A stretch of 63,117 nucleotides of DNA, the filler included, from Collodictyon triciliatum (Eukaryota), in NCBI GenBank assembly GCA_043381765.1. It is 6 parts of 6 records of this genome, joined end to end, with 100 filler letters (N's around TTAATTAATTAA, not from the genome) between each part and the next. Parts side by side here need not be neighbours in the genome. Positions count along the whole stretch, not along the records: positions 35,270 to 46,929 come from JBHJMP010002340.1; positions 47,030 to 58,682 come from JBHJMP010002341.1; 4 more parts are not named here. One strand, 5' to 3'. The translations under genes and the position numbers were made by a program. Positions within the stretch are counted from its first letter, which is position 1, and every line of letters starts with the position of its first letter. Below the pieces are notes generated by a model. That model was given only the letters and a program-made list of their open reading frames with translations. It did no database searches and had not been told where the DNA came from. Below are positions 35,330 through 47,300 of the stretch, piece after piece.

Positions 35330-37590
35330 TTTTCTGCTTCTCCAATTCTCTCCATTTTGAGAACACAACCAAACAGATGTGTAGGCCTAGCGAGAGTCCC
35401 AGAACGCGACGCAGACCCTGGCCCATCTGAAATATCCCACCCACGGCTCAGTTTTTTTTTTTTTCGACAATAAACACTCAAATCATCGCACACAAAAATG
35501 ACAATAATGATAACAAGGGCTATAACCCCGTGCTGGTAGGAAGAAAGTAGCAATATCTTTAGGCCATAACCCACGAAAAAACATGTCCTTTCGACCGAGA
35601 AGGATTCTAGCAACATTACATCTTGGAAAGTTGTCTGCATCGCCCCGCTCGTATCTTTCCGACCCAAGCAAGCAGACCAGCAAGGGGTCTCCTAAACCGT
35701 CTCATCGCCACGGACAGCCAGGAGTGCACTTTATTTGCACGGTGCTTGACATTCACTGGCGGCTGTGTCTCGCGCAAAACAGCAATCAGCTGTGCATCTG
35801 AACCAGTAATTTCTGTTTCAGACCCCATCTAAGTGATACCGACCTCTATCATGGGAGAAGTACAATAAATTCCAGAATAAATAATACCGTATAAAATATA
35901 TAGATGTTTTATCTGTCTTTAGATGTCATGCGCAAAGATTTATCAATGTCTCTATTGGGCACAAATCTCGTGGTCTCTATTGGGATAAAAATACGGTAAA
36001 TTTGTGTTTCACGGGGATAAATTCCACGTTTGTATTTCATAAGCCGAATTTACTTCATATGTCAGGTTGTCCAATCTTGTGGCTGTTCAATTTTATGTTC
36101 CAATTTAATAAACCCCAACGGAACTGATCTCAAATGTCCGTTTTTGGAATACTTTCGGCCGTGTTGATTCTTTGAAAGACTGGAAGAACACCCCAGTTCC
36201 ACCCAGCAAATGAAAAAAAACAAACAAAATAATAACAACTGAATGGCGTTGAATGAGGACACAACCAGAATTTATTTCACAAACACAATCAAGAACTTGC
36301 AAGTAACGAAGAGCACAAAAAAAATAATTCACCAAAGCCAAATTTGACCAAAGAAAAAAGGAGAAAAGTGGTGTTTTTCATAGAATTCACTGCAGGAAGT
36401 TCAAATCAGCCAAAACATAGAAAAGGCATTTCTGAACCCGTTCCGCTCGATAAAAAGCGATGGTGCTCATATGTGCCACAGAAGAGTTCAGCAATTCAAA
36501 GTGTTCACAATAACCGTGACAAAAGCACAACCATTATGACACGCTCACCCAAAACCCCCTTTCACTTGCGCCAGCTCATAGCCATCACACATGGCTGCCC
36601 AAACTCCACGTTATCTTTCAACTCTTGCCTTCGAGTTTCTTGTGAAGCAATTCCAATATCGGCCCCAGCAGAGGCCGGCAATTAAAATTGCAAATATCGC
36701 CCGAGAGAACGTCATCGTAATGTGCTTCTTTTTCTTCTTTCCACTAGAAGCGGTGACGAGAACCGAAGCGTGGTTGCCAAGCTTTCGACCTTATCTTTTG
36801 CTCAACCTGTGGGCCAGCTGTCAACCACAGTGGAGCTCCGTCAATGTCCCAGGGAACTATGGGTAAACAAAATAAGAGAAGGGAGAAGAGGGCGCGTTCA
36901 AGAGCAACAAACGCAGATGGTGGGATGCCCGTCAGGAAACGTGGCCGCCCAAAGTAAGGACTTGATAACTGGAATAAAGATTGAACACATAACAAACACA
37001 GTTATCAGAAGGTTTAAAACGCAACAGGACACAGTGCGAAGAATGCCGCAAGTCGCAGCGCCATCCAAAGTGCACCTGCACCAAGAAGCGCAGTAAGACC
37101 GACGAGCCCTCAGAAAGTAGCCCAACCTTCAGCTCGGACCTCATAAAACTTGATGGTGGGTTTTAATTGTCTGTGTTGATCCGAGATTTTATATTCGTGA
37201 ATCTCACGAGACACAACTACTGGCTCTTAAAGCCGATTCACTAGGGATATTTGAAGCGGTCGAGGAGGAGCAAACACACGAGCCACCAAACGTGCATGAG
37301 CGTCGAATAATTTGTTCGTGTGACTGTGCTGCAACTCTTTGTCCGTGCTGGGACTGCATCTCCCGACATTGCGAGTGCCTCACTCATTGGGACTTATCGG
37401 ACCATCTGAAAGCAGCTCCTCCAGTGTGCAGCCGGTTAGAAGCTGATGAATAGCCGCAGCAGTGTTTATTTTTGCTCTCCTTTTCTACTTTATAACAATA
37501 ATGTTAAATATGCTTCAAGACGAAAAATTCTCTACAATCTTTTCCGTGTTACTCTCTTCTCTGATGAAAGCGTGGCGGTTATCTTTTGAT

Positions 37591-37646
37591 TTCATAAAAT
37601 CTACTTTTTTTTCCTTTATTCGATTCAAAGTTCATAAAATCTACTT
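37591..37646 (-). mobile_element. Micro-insertion family B (24 nt) with perfect 16-bp TSD
   Basis: TTCATAAAATCTACTT (37591-37606) - TTTTTTCCTTTATTCGATTCAAAG - TTCATAAAATCTACTT (37631-37646). Confidence 0.85.
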
Positions 37647-38630
37647 GAACAAAGGCGATATTTTGGTTTTATTTTTTGGTATTTTTTTTTCATGAACGGT
37701 ATATGAAAGTGATAATATATTAGATGAAATAGCGAGTGGATGAGCGAATAGATCCTTATTGCTGTTTTTTTTTTTAAAAAAAAAAAAGTAATTAAATTAA
37801 CAGTTCTATTTAGCAATCCAGTTGTCTTTGTGAAGATGGCATCAAGTTAAGCTCCATTAAACGAAATCTGTTTAGTAGTTTTTTCCCTTGGATTCTAGAG
37901 ATATGTGAATGAATATGACTTTCAGACTGTAATTATTCACACATTTATTTTTGCAAACTCGACCCCGGATAAATTCTTATCCATTTTTGCTTTTGTGTAG
38001 AAATCGATGATAATATGTAGATTCTGCTTTTTCGGGATTAAATATAAGTGGCCTTCTTAAACATCGAGGCCGCGTTAGTTGCACAAATACTATAATTCCC
38101 TATGAGTAAGAACTGTGCACCATAAAAAAATATTAACAGCGCTTTGCTACTCAAATTCATTCGAAACGGACACGATGAAACATCCTTGGTGAGCCAATGG
38201 TGCCCAAGCACTTCCAAGCACATCCAAGAAATCAATCTGGTAAATCGCAGGCATCGCGCTGAGCTCACTCCTCCCTTTTCCAAATATGTAATCCCTCCAG
38301 TAGAAACGCGCTTCGATTTTCCACATCAGAAAGCGAGCAGCCTAGCGAAACGCGGATCGATCAGAAAGAGCCTGGTGTGAGTCACTGCTTTGTTTCCGCG
38401 CAAGGGAAGCGCATATAGGAAGAAGCTGCTTATTCTTTTTCCACTCAGCAAGTCCGCTTGGAGAAGACAACGACTCTTTTGCATTCAAGAAGGATTTTCC
38501 ACCATAAAGTTTCATGTTATTTTTTCCTTACTTTTCTTTTTTGTTTTTAAAAAGATAAATCGTTCGATTCCTGTTTTTTTTTTTTTTAATCCAAAGTCCC
38601 TGGTGACGCCAGATCTCAGAGTACTCGAGG

Positions 38631-38862
38631 ATGGCGTTTCGCCTCTACGGACTGAATGCTCGAGACGAAGCACTCAAGTATATCGAAGAGAAGGAGTATG
38701 AATTGGCAGTATCCAAATTCACCGCTGCTGCAGACTTGTTTCTTCAAGCCAGAAGGCGTATGCTTTCTAATATATTTTCTGCATTCGTATTCGCTTATTT
38801 GTTAAATGAAGTGATTTAGATGTACAAAGCAACACCATATAATAATAAGGAAATGAAGTTGC

Positions 38863-38959
<97 letters not shown>

Positions 38960-40554
38960 CCAAACAATTCCTTTATATATTCCATAATGTTTTTTCATTT
39001 GCAGGCGAGACAGACACACGAATGAAAGACAACTACTACAAGCTATCATTAGACTGCATCGAGCGGTATATTTTTTAACAAGAAAAACAAAAAAAAATTA
39101 TTTTCATTTATTTAATAGATTCATAGAATAAATAAATTCTGACAATTTATTGCAATATATCGTAAATCTTTTATACAATGGCAAATAATCTTTTTATTTA
39201 TCTTGTTCACTATTATACGGTGTGTTAGAATTACATTTCTTTTTCTCTTTCTAACGCGGTATTGAAACTTCTGTGAAACAAAGGGCAGAGGCCTTGAAAA
39301 GCAAAATCGTGCAACAAAGTTCACGTCCAATACCCAGCGCACCAGCAGCACCAAACTACCCCACAGGCCCCAACCATTCCCCTATAAACTCGTTGATTAC
39401 GCCTGGTCATCGTGCTATCCCCCGAAGGGCCGAGCACCCAAAAGAGCCAGCGCAAAGCCAAAGTCCGCACAACGAAGGTTATCCTGACTATCCCGTTTAT
39501 CCATCCGCGCCACCAGCGGCCTCGGCAAATCACTTCCCAAACAGCAGCATCGACCCAATTCAGAATGCAATCGGCGCCACAGTCTTGGTGCAGTACAAAA
39601 CATCTGCCGGTTCGGGCGCCATCATCGACAGGTCGGGTCTGATTGCCACGAACCACCACGTCATCAAAGAGTGCCAGCCAAATAGCAGCATCATCATCTC
39701 CGTCACGCCCTTGGACCCTCAAAACTCCACAGCCAGACCAAAGTATGTTGCCATGCTGGTTTTGTCTGACCCTGGTCTAGACTTTGCCATCCTTCGCGTC
39801 CGCTGTTGTCTTGATGGCAGTCCTTTATCGTCCGACCCCATTCAGTCTCATATTGAACTCGGAGATTCAGATGAACTTAAGATCGGCCAAGACATCGCGG
39901 CCATTGGTTACCCTGGGGTTGGTGGGAATGCCGTTACATACACGGTAACTTTTTCGTGTAACCAAGGCTAATGATACTTTCCCTGTAAAAAGAAAAGAGA
40001 TGAAAAGAGATGAGAAGACAAATTCTTTGAATCGCTTTTTGATTTCCCTCCTCCATTTCATGTTCCCTTCAATTATTAAAAAACCCCTTTTTTTGACTTC
40101 TAAGAGAGGAACAGTTTCCGGCTTTTTACCCACCGAAAAATTTATTAAGACAGACGCGGAGGTAAATCCAGGAAACAGGTAAATCGCTCTCATATACAAG
40201 AAATTCCAAAATATATGAACGATTCATGAATAATATTTGCTTTGAAACCTTTTCTATCAATCTTCCGTTTTTTGAAACCTTGAATGAAACATGAAATAGC
40301 ATGAAAGGGACACCCTTATAAATATTGCTGTATACGTAGTTGGCAGATACACTTTTTCTTCGTTTTTTTTTTTTAAAAAAAAAATAATAAATTAATGCAG
40401 TGGCGGACCAGCCATCAATACTTCAGGGAAACTCATCGGTATCGTAACAGCTAATTCAACCGGGTCAGAAACCCACCCCTCCGCTGGGACAGGAAAACTC
40501 GGACTGGTTCGCCCCATCAACCTTCTGAAACCACTCATATCAAAAAGTTTTTAA
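38631..40554 (+). CDS. Trypsin-like (HtrA/S1C-type) serine protease with N-terminal MIT-like helical domain, no PDZ, no signal peptide
   Basis: Triad motifs are 'GSGAIIDRSGLIATNHHVI' (His), 'DFAILRV' (Asp) and 'TDAEVNPGN|SGGP' (Ser codon split by the intron 40179-40400); also 'LGDSDELKIGQDIAAIGYP'. The N-terminus 'ARDEALKYIEEKEYELAVSKFTAAADLFLQA...YYKLSLDCIERAEALK' follows a MIT-like pattern. Stop TAA ends at 40554. Confidence 0.85.
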
Positions 40555-40899
40555 AAGCTGGCGCTACGATAACGAAAAGAATATATCTAAGCCATATCCT
40601 GCATTGAAGAATAATATCTATAAATTACTTTCCCCTTTTGATGGAAACAACCACCTAAACCTTTTTCTTTTCTTTTCTATTTGCCGTAATAAACTAAAAA
40701 ATCACTTTGCAAAGATTGTTTCCGAGTTGTGGTGAAACCAAACAAGGCTTTGACCTAAGTAAATCTGGAACATAAATATTTATGCAATTAGAATTTTCAA
40801 TAATTTATCTTAATACTAGAATGGGTATACCAATCTTTCGAAAAAAAAAAACCCGGTGCGCTAGTATACAAGGTCTCAATCCACTTTTTTCACAAAGAT

Positions 40900-42870
40900 C
40901 GTGTAGTGGTGAAGGCTGCCAGGGAAGACCCGACAGCATATTGTTTTAGAGCAAGGTGCATGCATATTTTGAAGGGTTAAAAGAACTTTGTTGAGTATAT
41001 TTTTAGCGCTGTTAAAGTCCCTTGTCAAGAATACACTTTGTTTGCTTTCTGAGCGATTACATTATTTTAATACGAGGCATCTATACAGCTTTTTTGTATT
41101 TCCTTTCGGTGTCATATATTCCAGTTCTTTTTCGCAGTTGCAACACATCTTGGAGGTTCTAAATTCATCTACGCTGACCGTTTCAAAACGTTTGGATAGT
41201 ATTTTTTGTAATCCTCCTCCAATTGTTTGCATAAAATGTTTCATCGAGATTTTCTGCTCCAGTCTCCATACGCCAGTACAACATCCTTGCCAAATGTCTT
41301 TTCGATTCAGTCCATAAACAACTGTTCCCTTCTTTTTGTATTAACGTACTGTCTCCATCTCGTCTTTCGAAAAGTCAATTGTTCATAAAATCTGGACAAT
41401 TCTATCTGGAATCTTGATTTCATAGATACATATTTTCGAAAAAAAAAAACATAATCGACTGTGCATGAATGTTGTTTACTCAGTTCTGTCTCTAAATCGA
41501 TTAAAGATACTCTTAATGTCTCAAACCGCTGATTCTCCTCAAAAGTCATGACACCAAAAGAAACAGCACTTCGTAAACCTGTTGCCATGCATATCCCAAA
41601 ATGATTGTACTTTTTCTTTTCTTTTTTTCTCGCGCAAGAGTATTTTTTGATTTTTAAGAGATTAGCTATCATGTCTTCTTTGGTGTGCCATGTAACGTAA
41701 TTTCTTACCTATATCATCCACTATGTAAGCAAAATTAAACTTGCCTGCATCTACTCCAACTATTTTTTTTTTGTCGCTAATAAAGATAACTGCTCTTCGG
41801 AAAGTTCATCTATATAAACATATTTTTGGGTTTTTTGATTATATTTTGAATTTTGAATTTGAAATAGCTTTCTTTTCAAATAATAATGATACTGCCAAGG
41901 CGTGTGTTTGTATCATGTATTTAAAATTCTAGTATCTTTGATGAAATATCCTCTTCTTCATTTCAAAGAACTTATCCCATAGGGTCTCTTTGCGTTCTGA
42001 TATATTCTTCATTAATGATGTTTTTACAGCTGATACTAATATATCTATCACACATGCAGTATCTAGAGTAATATGACATGGTATATTGTTAGTTCTTATA
42101 GAGATTGGTTGAAACAGTCGAGTTGCAATGTCCTCAAAAAATGCAATTCCTGTAAATCAAACATGGTGCGTACTTCTTTGGATTGACTTTGATGTCGTAT
42201 TCGATACCATTTACCATATCGCTGGGAATGATACGATTCAAATGCATTATAGCCCATTCCTTATATTGTTCCGGTATTTCGAGTTTCTTGAAGATGGCTT
42301 TTTTTTTAAACTTAAGTAACTCTGCCTTTTTTATTGCTTCCATAGTATTCTCATCTTTAGGAACTGTTTGATTTATATTGCACAATGACCTCTTTACAAA
42401 AAATTCCTTAATGTTATTATGATAAGCTGTTAACATTTGTTCCGCCAGGTACCGTAATACATGAGACAGTCCAACCAACGGAAAGCCTTCTTCTCGGGAC
42501 AGAAGATATCGAAAATCATAGAGATAAAAACTCATCATGTCATCTCTCAAATCTGGATTTTTTAAACTTGCGTATCTATCTTGTGAAACTATTCCGACTG
42601 TCTTTAAAGCGTACAAAAAATAAAAACAAAAAAAAACAAAAAAACAAAAATTATTTCATCGATTGTTGGGAGCTGTTGTGGTTTCAATTCGTAATATCTT
42701 GCAAACATATAAGTGATGGTAACCAAATTATGACACAATATAACCGTATCGTTGATTTCGTCATAGTCATCCGGATTCTTTACAATCGACTTTAGAGATG
42801 TTTTCACATTTCGATAGTCTGGTTTTACGAACTTTAGATTATCAGACTCGAGACGTTTTCTTTTCTTCAT
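40900..42870 (-). mobile_element. Degenerate Fanzor (eukaryotic TnpB-family RNA-guided nuclease) pseudogene
   Basis: Ordered motifs across frameshifts: 'MKKRKR...VKTSLKSIV', 'LRYLAEQMLTAYHNNIKEFF', 'LFQPISIRTNNIPCHITLDT', RuvC-I 'IVGVDAGK' (D at 41749-41751), 'KLRYMAHQRR', 'ETELSK', 'YGDWS', RuvC-II plus Zn finger 'VDEFRTSKMCCNC' (E at 41164-41166), and RuvC-III 'RDFNSAKNI' (D at 41017-41019). Several stops and frameshifts interrupt it. Confidence 0.85.
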
Positions 42871-44667
42871 GTGAAAGTATTTGGTTTACTTTTTCCTTTA
42901 GAAAACTACCGAGTTTTCAATTTTAGTAAAACTTTAGTCAATCAATCGATTTAGTAAAACTGCATAAAATCAATTTATGTAAAATTAAGCATCTACCGAG
43001 ACTCTCAAAATGTGCGCATTGTGGCAAACAAACACACAAAGTTTTCTATAAATTATTTGAGACAAGACGCTGAGAGCTGATTCGGCGAGTTCGAAAGGAC
43101 AGCCGTATAGCCATCGCGACTGAAAGTCAACATATCGGCCCAACCAACATGATTACCGCCGCAAGTGTGAATAGTATGCTTTTTTGAAATGCATGTTTGG
43201 TGGCAGGTTTATATGGTGGGTTCTGTCTGGGCCAAGACAACAGCTTGTTTGTATTTTTTTTTTTGAATTTTATTGATGTTGATAATATTGCATAAATTGA
43301 AAATAAAATACAAATTGATTAAAGGAATAAAATGAGATTATTAAGTATTTTTAACCTTATTATATATAGACTAATCATATATTATATTATTCAGGTTGTT
43401 TCTTGGATTCATCAAAACTTGCTTTTGTCAATCCAGATTTAATTTAATGGTTGTCTGTGCAATAAACTGTTATATATGGGTACACTTTCGTTGTATAAAA
43501 AGTGGTGTGTCTTGAAAGGGATAAAACCAAGTTCGTCACAAGCTCTGCAATGAAGTTTATCCATTTACAGGCTGAATGAGACCGAAGAAAAAAATGAAAG
43601 ATAAAAGATAAAGGAAAGAAAAAAGAAAAAAGATAAAGATAAAAAAATTCTCACAAACGAACAAACCCACAAACAAATAGACAAACCTTGGAAACTAATT
43701 TTCCATTTCCTTTCGCCACGGTTGTGTTAGATACCATCATGTAATTCGACAAATGTGTCTATTGTGCGTCTGATGCCCACTTCTTTATTTTCTTTTGGTG
43801 ACATTTCTATCGCAAGAGGCAGTGTGTGGGATTATCTCTGTTCTCACGCGGTATCTTTTGGCTCCCTCTCACTTCAAAGTCCCATTCTTATTTTATTTCT
43901 CTTGTTCCTTTTTGGCTTGATGTCCCAGTATCACAACAGTCGCACCGATGAGGATGGTTTCGCACATTTGATCATATTCTGCCAGGTCCGGTCATATAGC
44001 CTAAGTCCGGGCTTCTGGGGTCAAAGTTACAGTTAGATTGTATCCTGGCGTGTTGGTTTGCGATTGCCTTTTCTATTGCGGGTATTCTGAGCCTTCTCAT
44101 TATTGAGAAGTTTTATTCGAGGATGAGGTGTTTCTGGGTCACCGTACTGCTTTGCAGTGGCGTCTTGCGCAGTGCGTTAGGTTTATACTGTTTTTTTTTT
44201 TCCCCCTCTCTTCATTCGAATCGAGAGTACGGTTATAGTGTGTACGCCAGTTCCACGGAGAAAAGCTCTTCCTGGCTCAACAGTGTTGCATTACAGCATG
44301 TTGCAAAAGAATACATGGCCATCTTGTGGGGAGAGGCGTGCTGCTTCTTACCTTGAGGAACAGTTTCACTCTGCCAGTTATGTATTTGAGTTTTTCTTGC
44401 GGGGTCGCTTCCTCTAGAGTCCTTCGGACCGAAATATAAAAGTATAATGAAAGAAGAAAAAAAAAAAAAACAGATGCGAAGGGACGCTACTTGTGTGATT
44501 TCTCGGATTGCACCCAAGCGCAAGAAAACAATTAAGAGTGTACCGGATCGTCGGGTCGAAAGAAAGGAAAAGAAGGAGAAAGTGAGAAAACTAGACAGAT
44601 GAGAAGACAGAAAGAAACCCTTGGGTTAGGAGAGGTTAACGCGCCATACAGGTCTCCGCATCCAGTC

Positions 44668-45756
44668 ATGGATTTTGACGCAGTGCTCGATCTTGAAGCA
44701 GAGTTTCTTCGAGAAGGAGAGAGCGAAGGAAAGCGCGAAGGAGCGGTGAGGATCTCTTGCTAACTTTTTCCTTTTGCTCGACTGCTGTAAAGGTCGTCTT
44801 TTTGATTGGAAGCAACCTCATTCCCTCGCTTGTCTCAGCCCGCCTTTTTGGTCGCGGAAATGACATCAAATCTATCAACCCGTGCTAACTTTTTACCTTT
44901 CTTTTTATTTTGTTTTACACCCCAACAACATCCTTAGAAAAATGGCCTTGAAACAGGCTATCGTATCGGGCTGGTTAAAGGCAGAGAAGTTGGTTGGGAG
45001 CTGGGCTGCTTCCTCGGTTTGCGTAAAGTTGTAGGTCTCCAATGCGCCTCAAATCCACAGCACGCACTATCGAAAAAGTGAGCTGTTTGGCTTTTGCTTC
45101 TAAATACCGTGTGTGTCATTCGAAAAAAGAAAAAAATAGAGGAACAGCTTCCATTGTAGTGTTATTGCTATTTGATGTTTATTTGTTCCATCTTTCTTCG
45201 AGAAGAAATGAAAAGAAAAGAAAAGAAGATATTGCTACGTTCATCGTCATTCAAACATTTTAAATGCTTGTTGCATATCTCCAGGCTTGAGAAACCGCTG
45301 CAACAATTTGATGCTCTCATGAAAAAGTTTCCGATGAGAGACCCAACCCAGGAAAATCTCTTCACTATCCTGGACCAAATCCGAGGCAAGGTAAACATCA
45401 CTTTCTTTGAGCAGTAAGTGTGTGAGCTAGACCCTGTGATTATTTGAGCCTTTCAATCGCTTTGTTACATACCTTTTCTTACACTTTTCTCGGGAAAAGT
45501 GTTTTTTAAGGAAATCTTATTCGCAAAGATGTTTTTGTTGGTATTATTTAAAACAAGCGTCCCATGTCCGATATGTTTAATCAACATGTCGTCTAAGTGG
45601 TTGTTTTCATTTGAATACTTGTTTCTTTTTCACTCATAGGTGAAACAAATATGCTCGCTCATCGGAATTTCCTATGCTGATTTAATTGGAGACCACCAAT
45701 CTTCCTTCTCTTCTGAAGACCTCCGCGCTCTAGCCAGCTCAGTCTTGAGTTTCTAA
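44668..45756 (+). CDS. LTO1: LTO1/ORAOV1 (Yae1_N-domain adaptor for cytosolic Fe-S assembly on ABCE1), 4 exons
   Basis: Spliced product MDFDAVLDLEAEFLREGESEGKREGA|KNGLETGYRIGLVKGREVGWELGCFLG...|...KFPMRDPTQENLFTILDQIRGK|VKQICSLIG...VLSF*. It shows the Gx3 repeat motif and a C-terminal L-S-F tripeptide matching the [LIM]-[DES]-[WF] CIA-targeting signal. Confidence 0.8.
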
Positions 45757-46035
45757 CTTCAGATTTCTATTTTTTTTTCTCTCTTTCTATTTCTTTTGTT
45801 ACAATTCAAATAAAAATAAAGGAATTAACATAAGCATTGATTCAAAATGTTTCGGAATCCAATTTACTACTTTAGGTCAGGCGCAAAATGGGGACATAAA
45901 ACTCTGATATATATATATATATATATAACATGAGCACAGACCCTAAACATAATTGAGTAAAAATGTACATTTTTTAAAAATTTTTGGTAAAGAAAAAAAA
46001 TTAAAAAAACTGAAGATATCGAGCAAGGTTTTCAT

Positions 46036-46929
46036 TTATTCTCGAGCGAAGATGAGATGAGGACGTTCATCGGCCAGTTTCAGAATAAGCTCCCTACATA
46101 AAATAAGAATGATGTGGTCGATTGACTCGACTTAATGTAAAGAAACCTCGTTGATGGCGAGTAGGTGATGCAATTCTGTTTACATGACTCTTTATTTCAA
46201 TCAATAATATTATTCTGTATTATCATTAAATTAACATATTTTAAAAGAAATTCATTATAATTTTGTTTGGTCAGGTTGCCCGAATGATGAGTATAGTTTT
46301 ATTACCCAAAAAGCGTGTTCGTCCAAGCAAACCAGGCGCGAGTAAATCGTGAGGAATCATCCTTCCAAAAGCTTTCATGCAGAAATCCAGTACCAGCACT
46401 GCTTTGTTTGATGGTCTCAAGGCACCAGGCAATCTCTGCGTCGTCTGTGCTTGTCAATGCTACACAGTACCACCATGTTGGTTCAGACTTTTGATAAACA
46501 TTTTGTGTAAATATCAGAACAAGTATATATCTTGAAAATAGAGTACAATGTATCCATTTTTATTATTATTACTATTAAAAACCAAATAATAATTTGCTGT
46601 CAGCCAATCAAACTAACAAACCCTGCATGATTATTGCCATGGGCCAAATCCAACCGCGACCGATATGAGGTCCTCCAATGCCCCTTTATGTATGTATGTA
46701 TGTATGTATGTATGTATGTATGTATGTATGTATGTATGTATGTATGTATGTATGTATGTATGTATGTATGTATGTATGTATGTATGAATGAATGAATGAA
46801 TGAATAAATGAATGAATGAATGATAGTTGCGATTGCAATAGAATATCACATCAAAGATACGACAAATGGAATTATATAGATGTATGTTCGATTGCATCGG
46901 TCTTGCTTACTTTCCAGCAAGTCCCTCAG
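46036..46929 (-). CDS. Glycoside hydrolase family 125 (exo-alpha-1,6-mannosidase-like), 3' fragment truncated by contig end
   Basis: Exons give 'GIGGPHIGRGWIWPMAIIMQ-ALTSTDDAEIAWCLETIKQSSAGTGFLHESFWKDDSSRFTRAWFAWTNTLFG-ELILKL', the characteristic GH125 C-terminal signature. Confidence 0.85.
46687..46822. repeat. (ATGT)n-(ATGA)n intronic microsatellite
   Basis: Direct inspection. Confidence 0.9.
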
Positions 46930-47029
46930 NNNNNNNNNNNNNNNNNNNNNNNNNNNNNNNNNNNNNNNNNNNNTTAATTAATTAANNNNNNNNNNNNNNN
47001 NNNNNNNNNNNNNNNNNNNNNNNNNNNNN
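46930..47029. other. Artificial contig linker
   Basis: N44-TTAATTAATTAA-N44. Confidence 0.97.
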
Positions 47030-47300
47030 AAAGAAAAAGAGAAAGAAAAAGAGAAAGAAAAAGAGAAAGAAAAAGAGAAAGAAAAAGAGAAAGAAAAAGA
47101 GAAAGAAAAAGAGAAAGAAAAAGAGAAAGAAAAAGAGAAAGAATTTAAAGGACATTAAGCAGCCATGGGATGAATTTTTTAATTTTATTCTGTTTTCATG
47201 GAGCATCCTACTGGAAAAAAAAAACAGAGAATTTTCCATTTAAAATAATATAGTTAAACAATAAAATATTGCAATCCATTTACAGATATAACTTACCATG

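Noticed and set aside
43755-44420. Hydrophobic short ORFs suggesting a membrane-protein gene
   Set aside because: They are interrupted by stops, with no consistent splice model or recognisable family.
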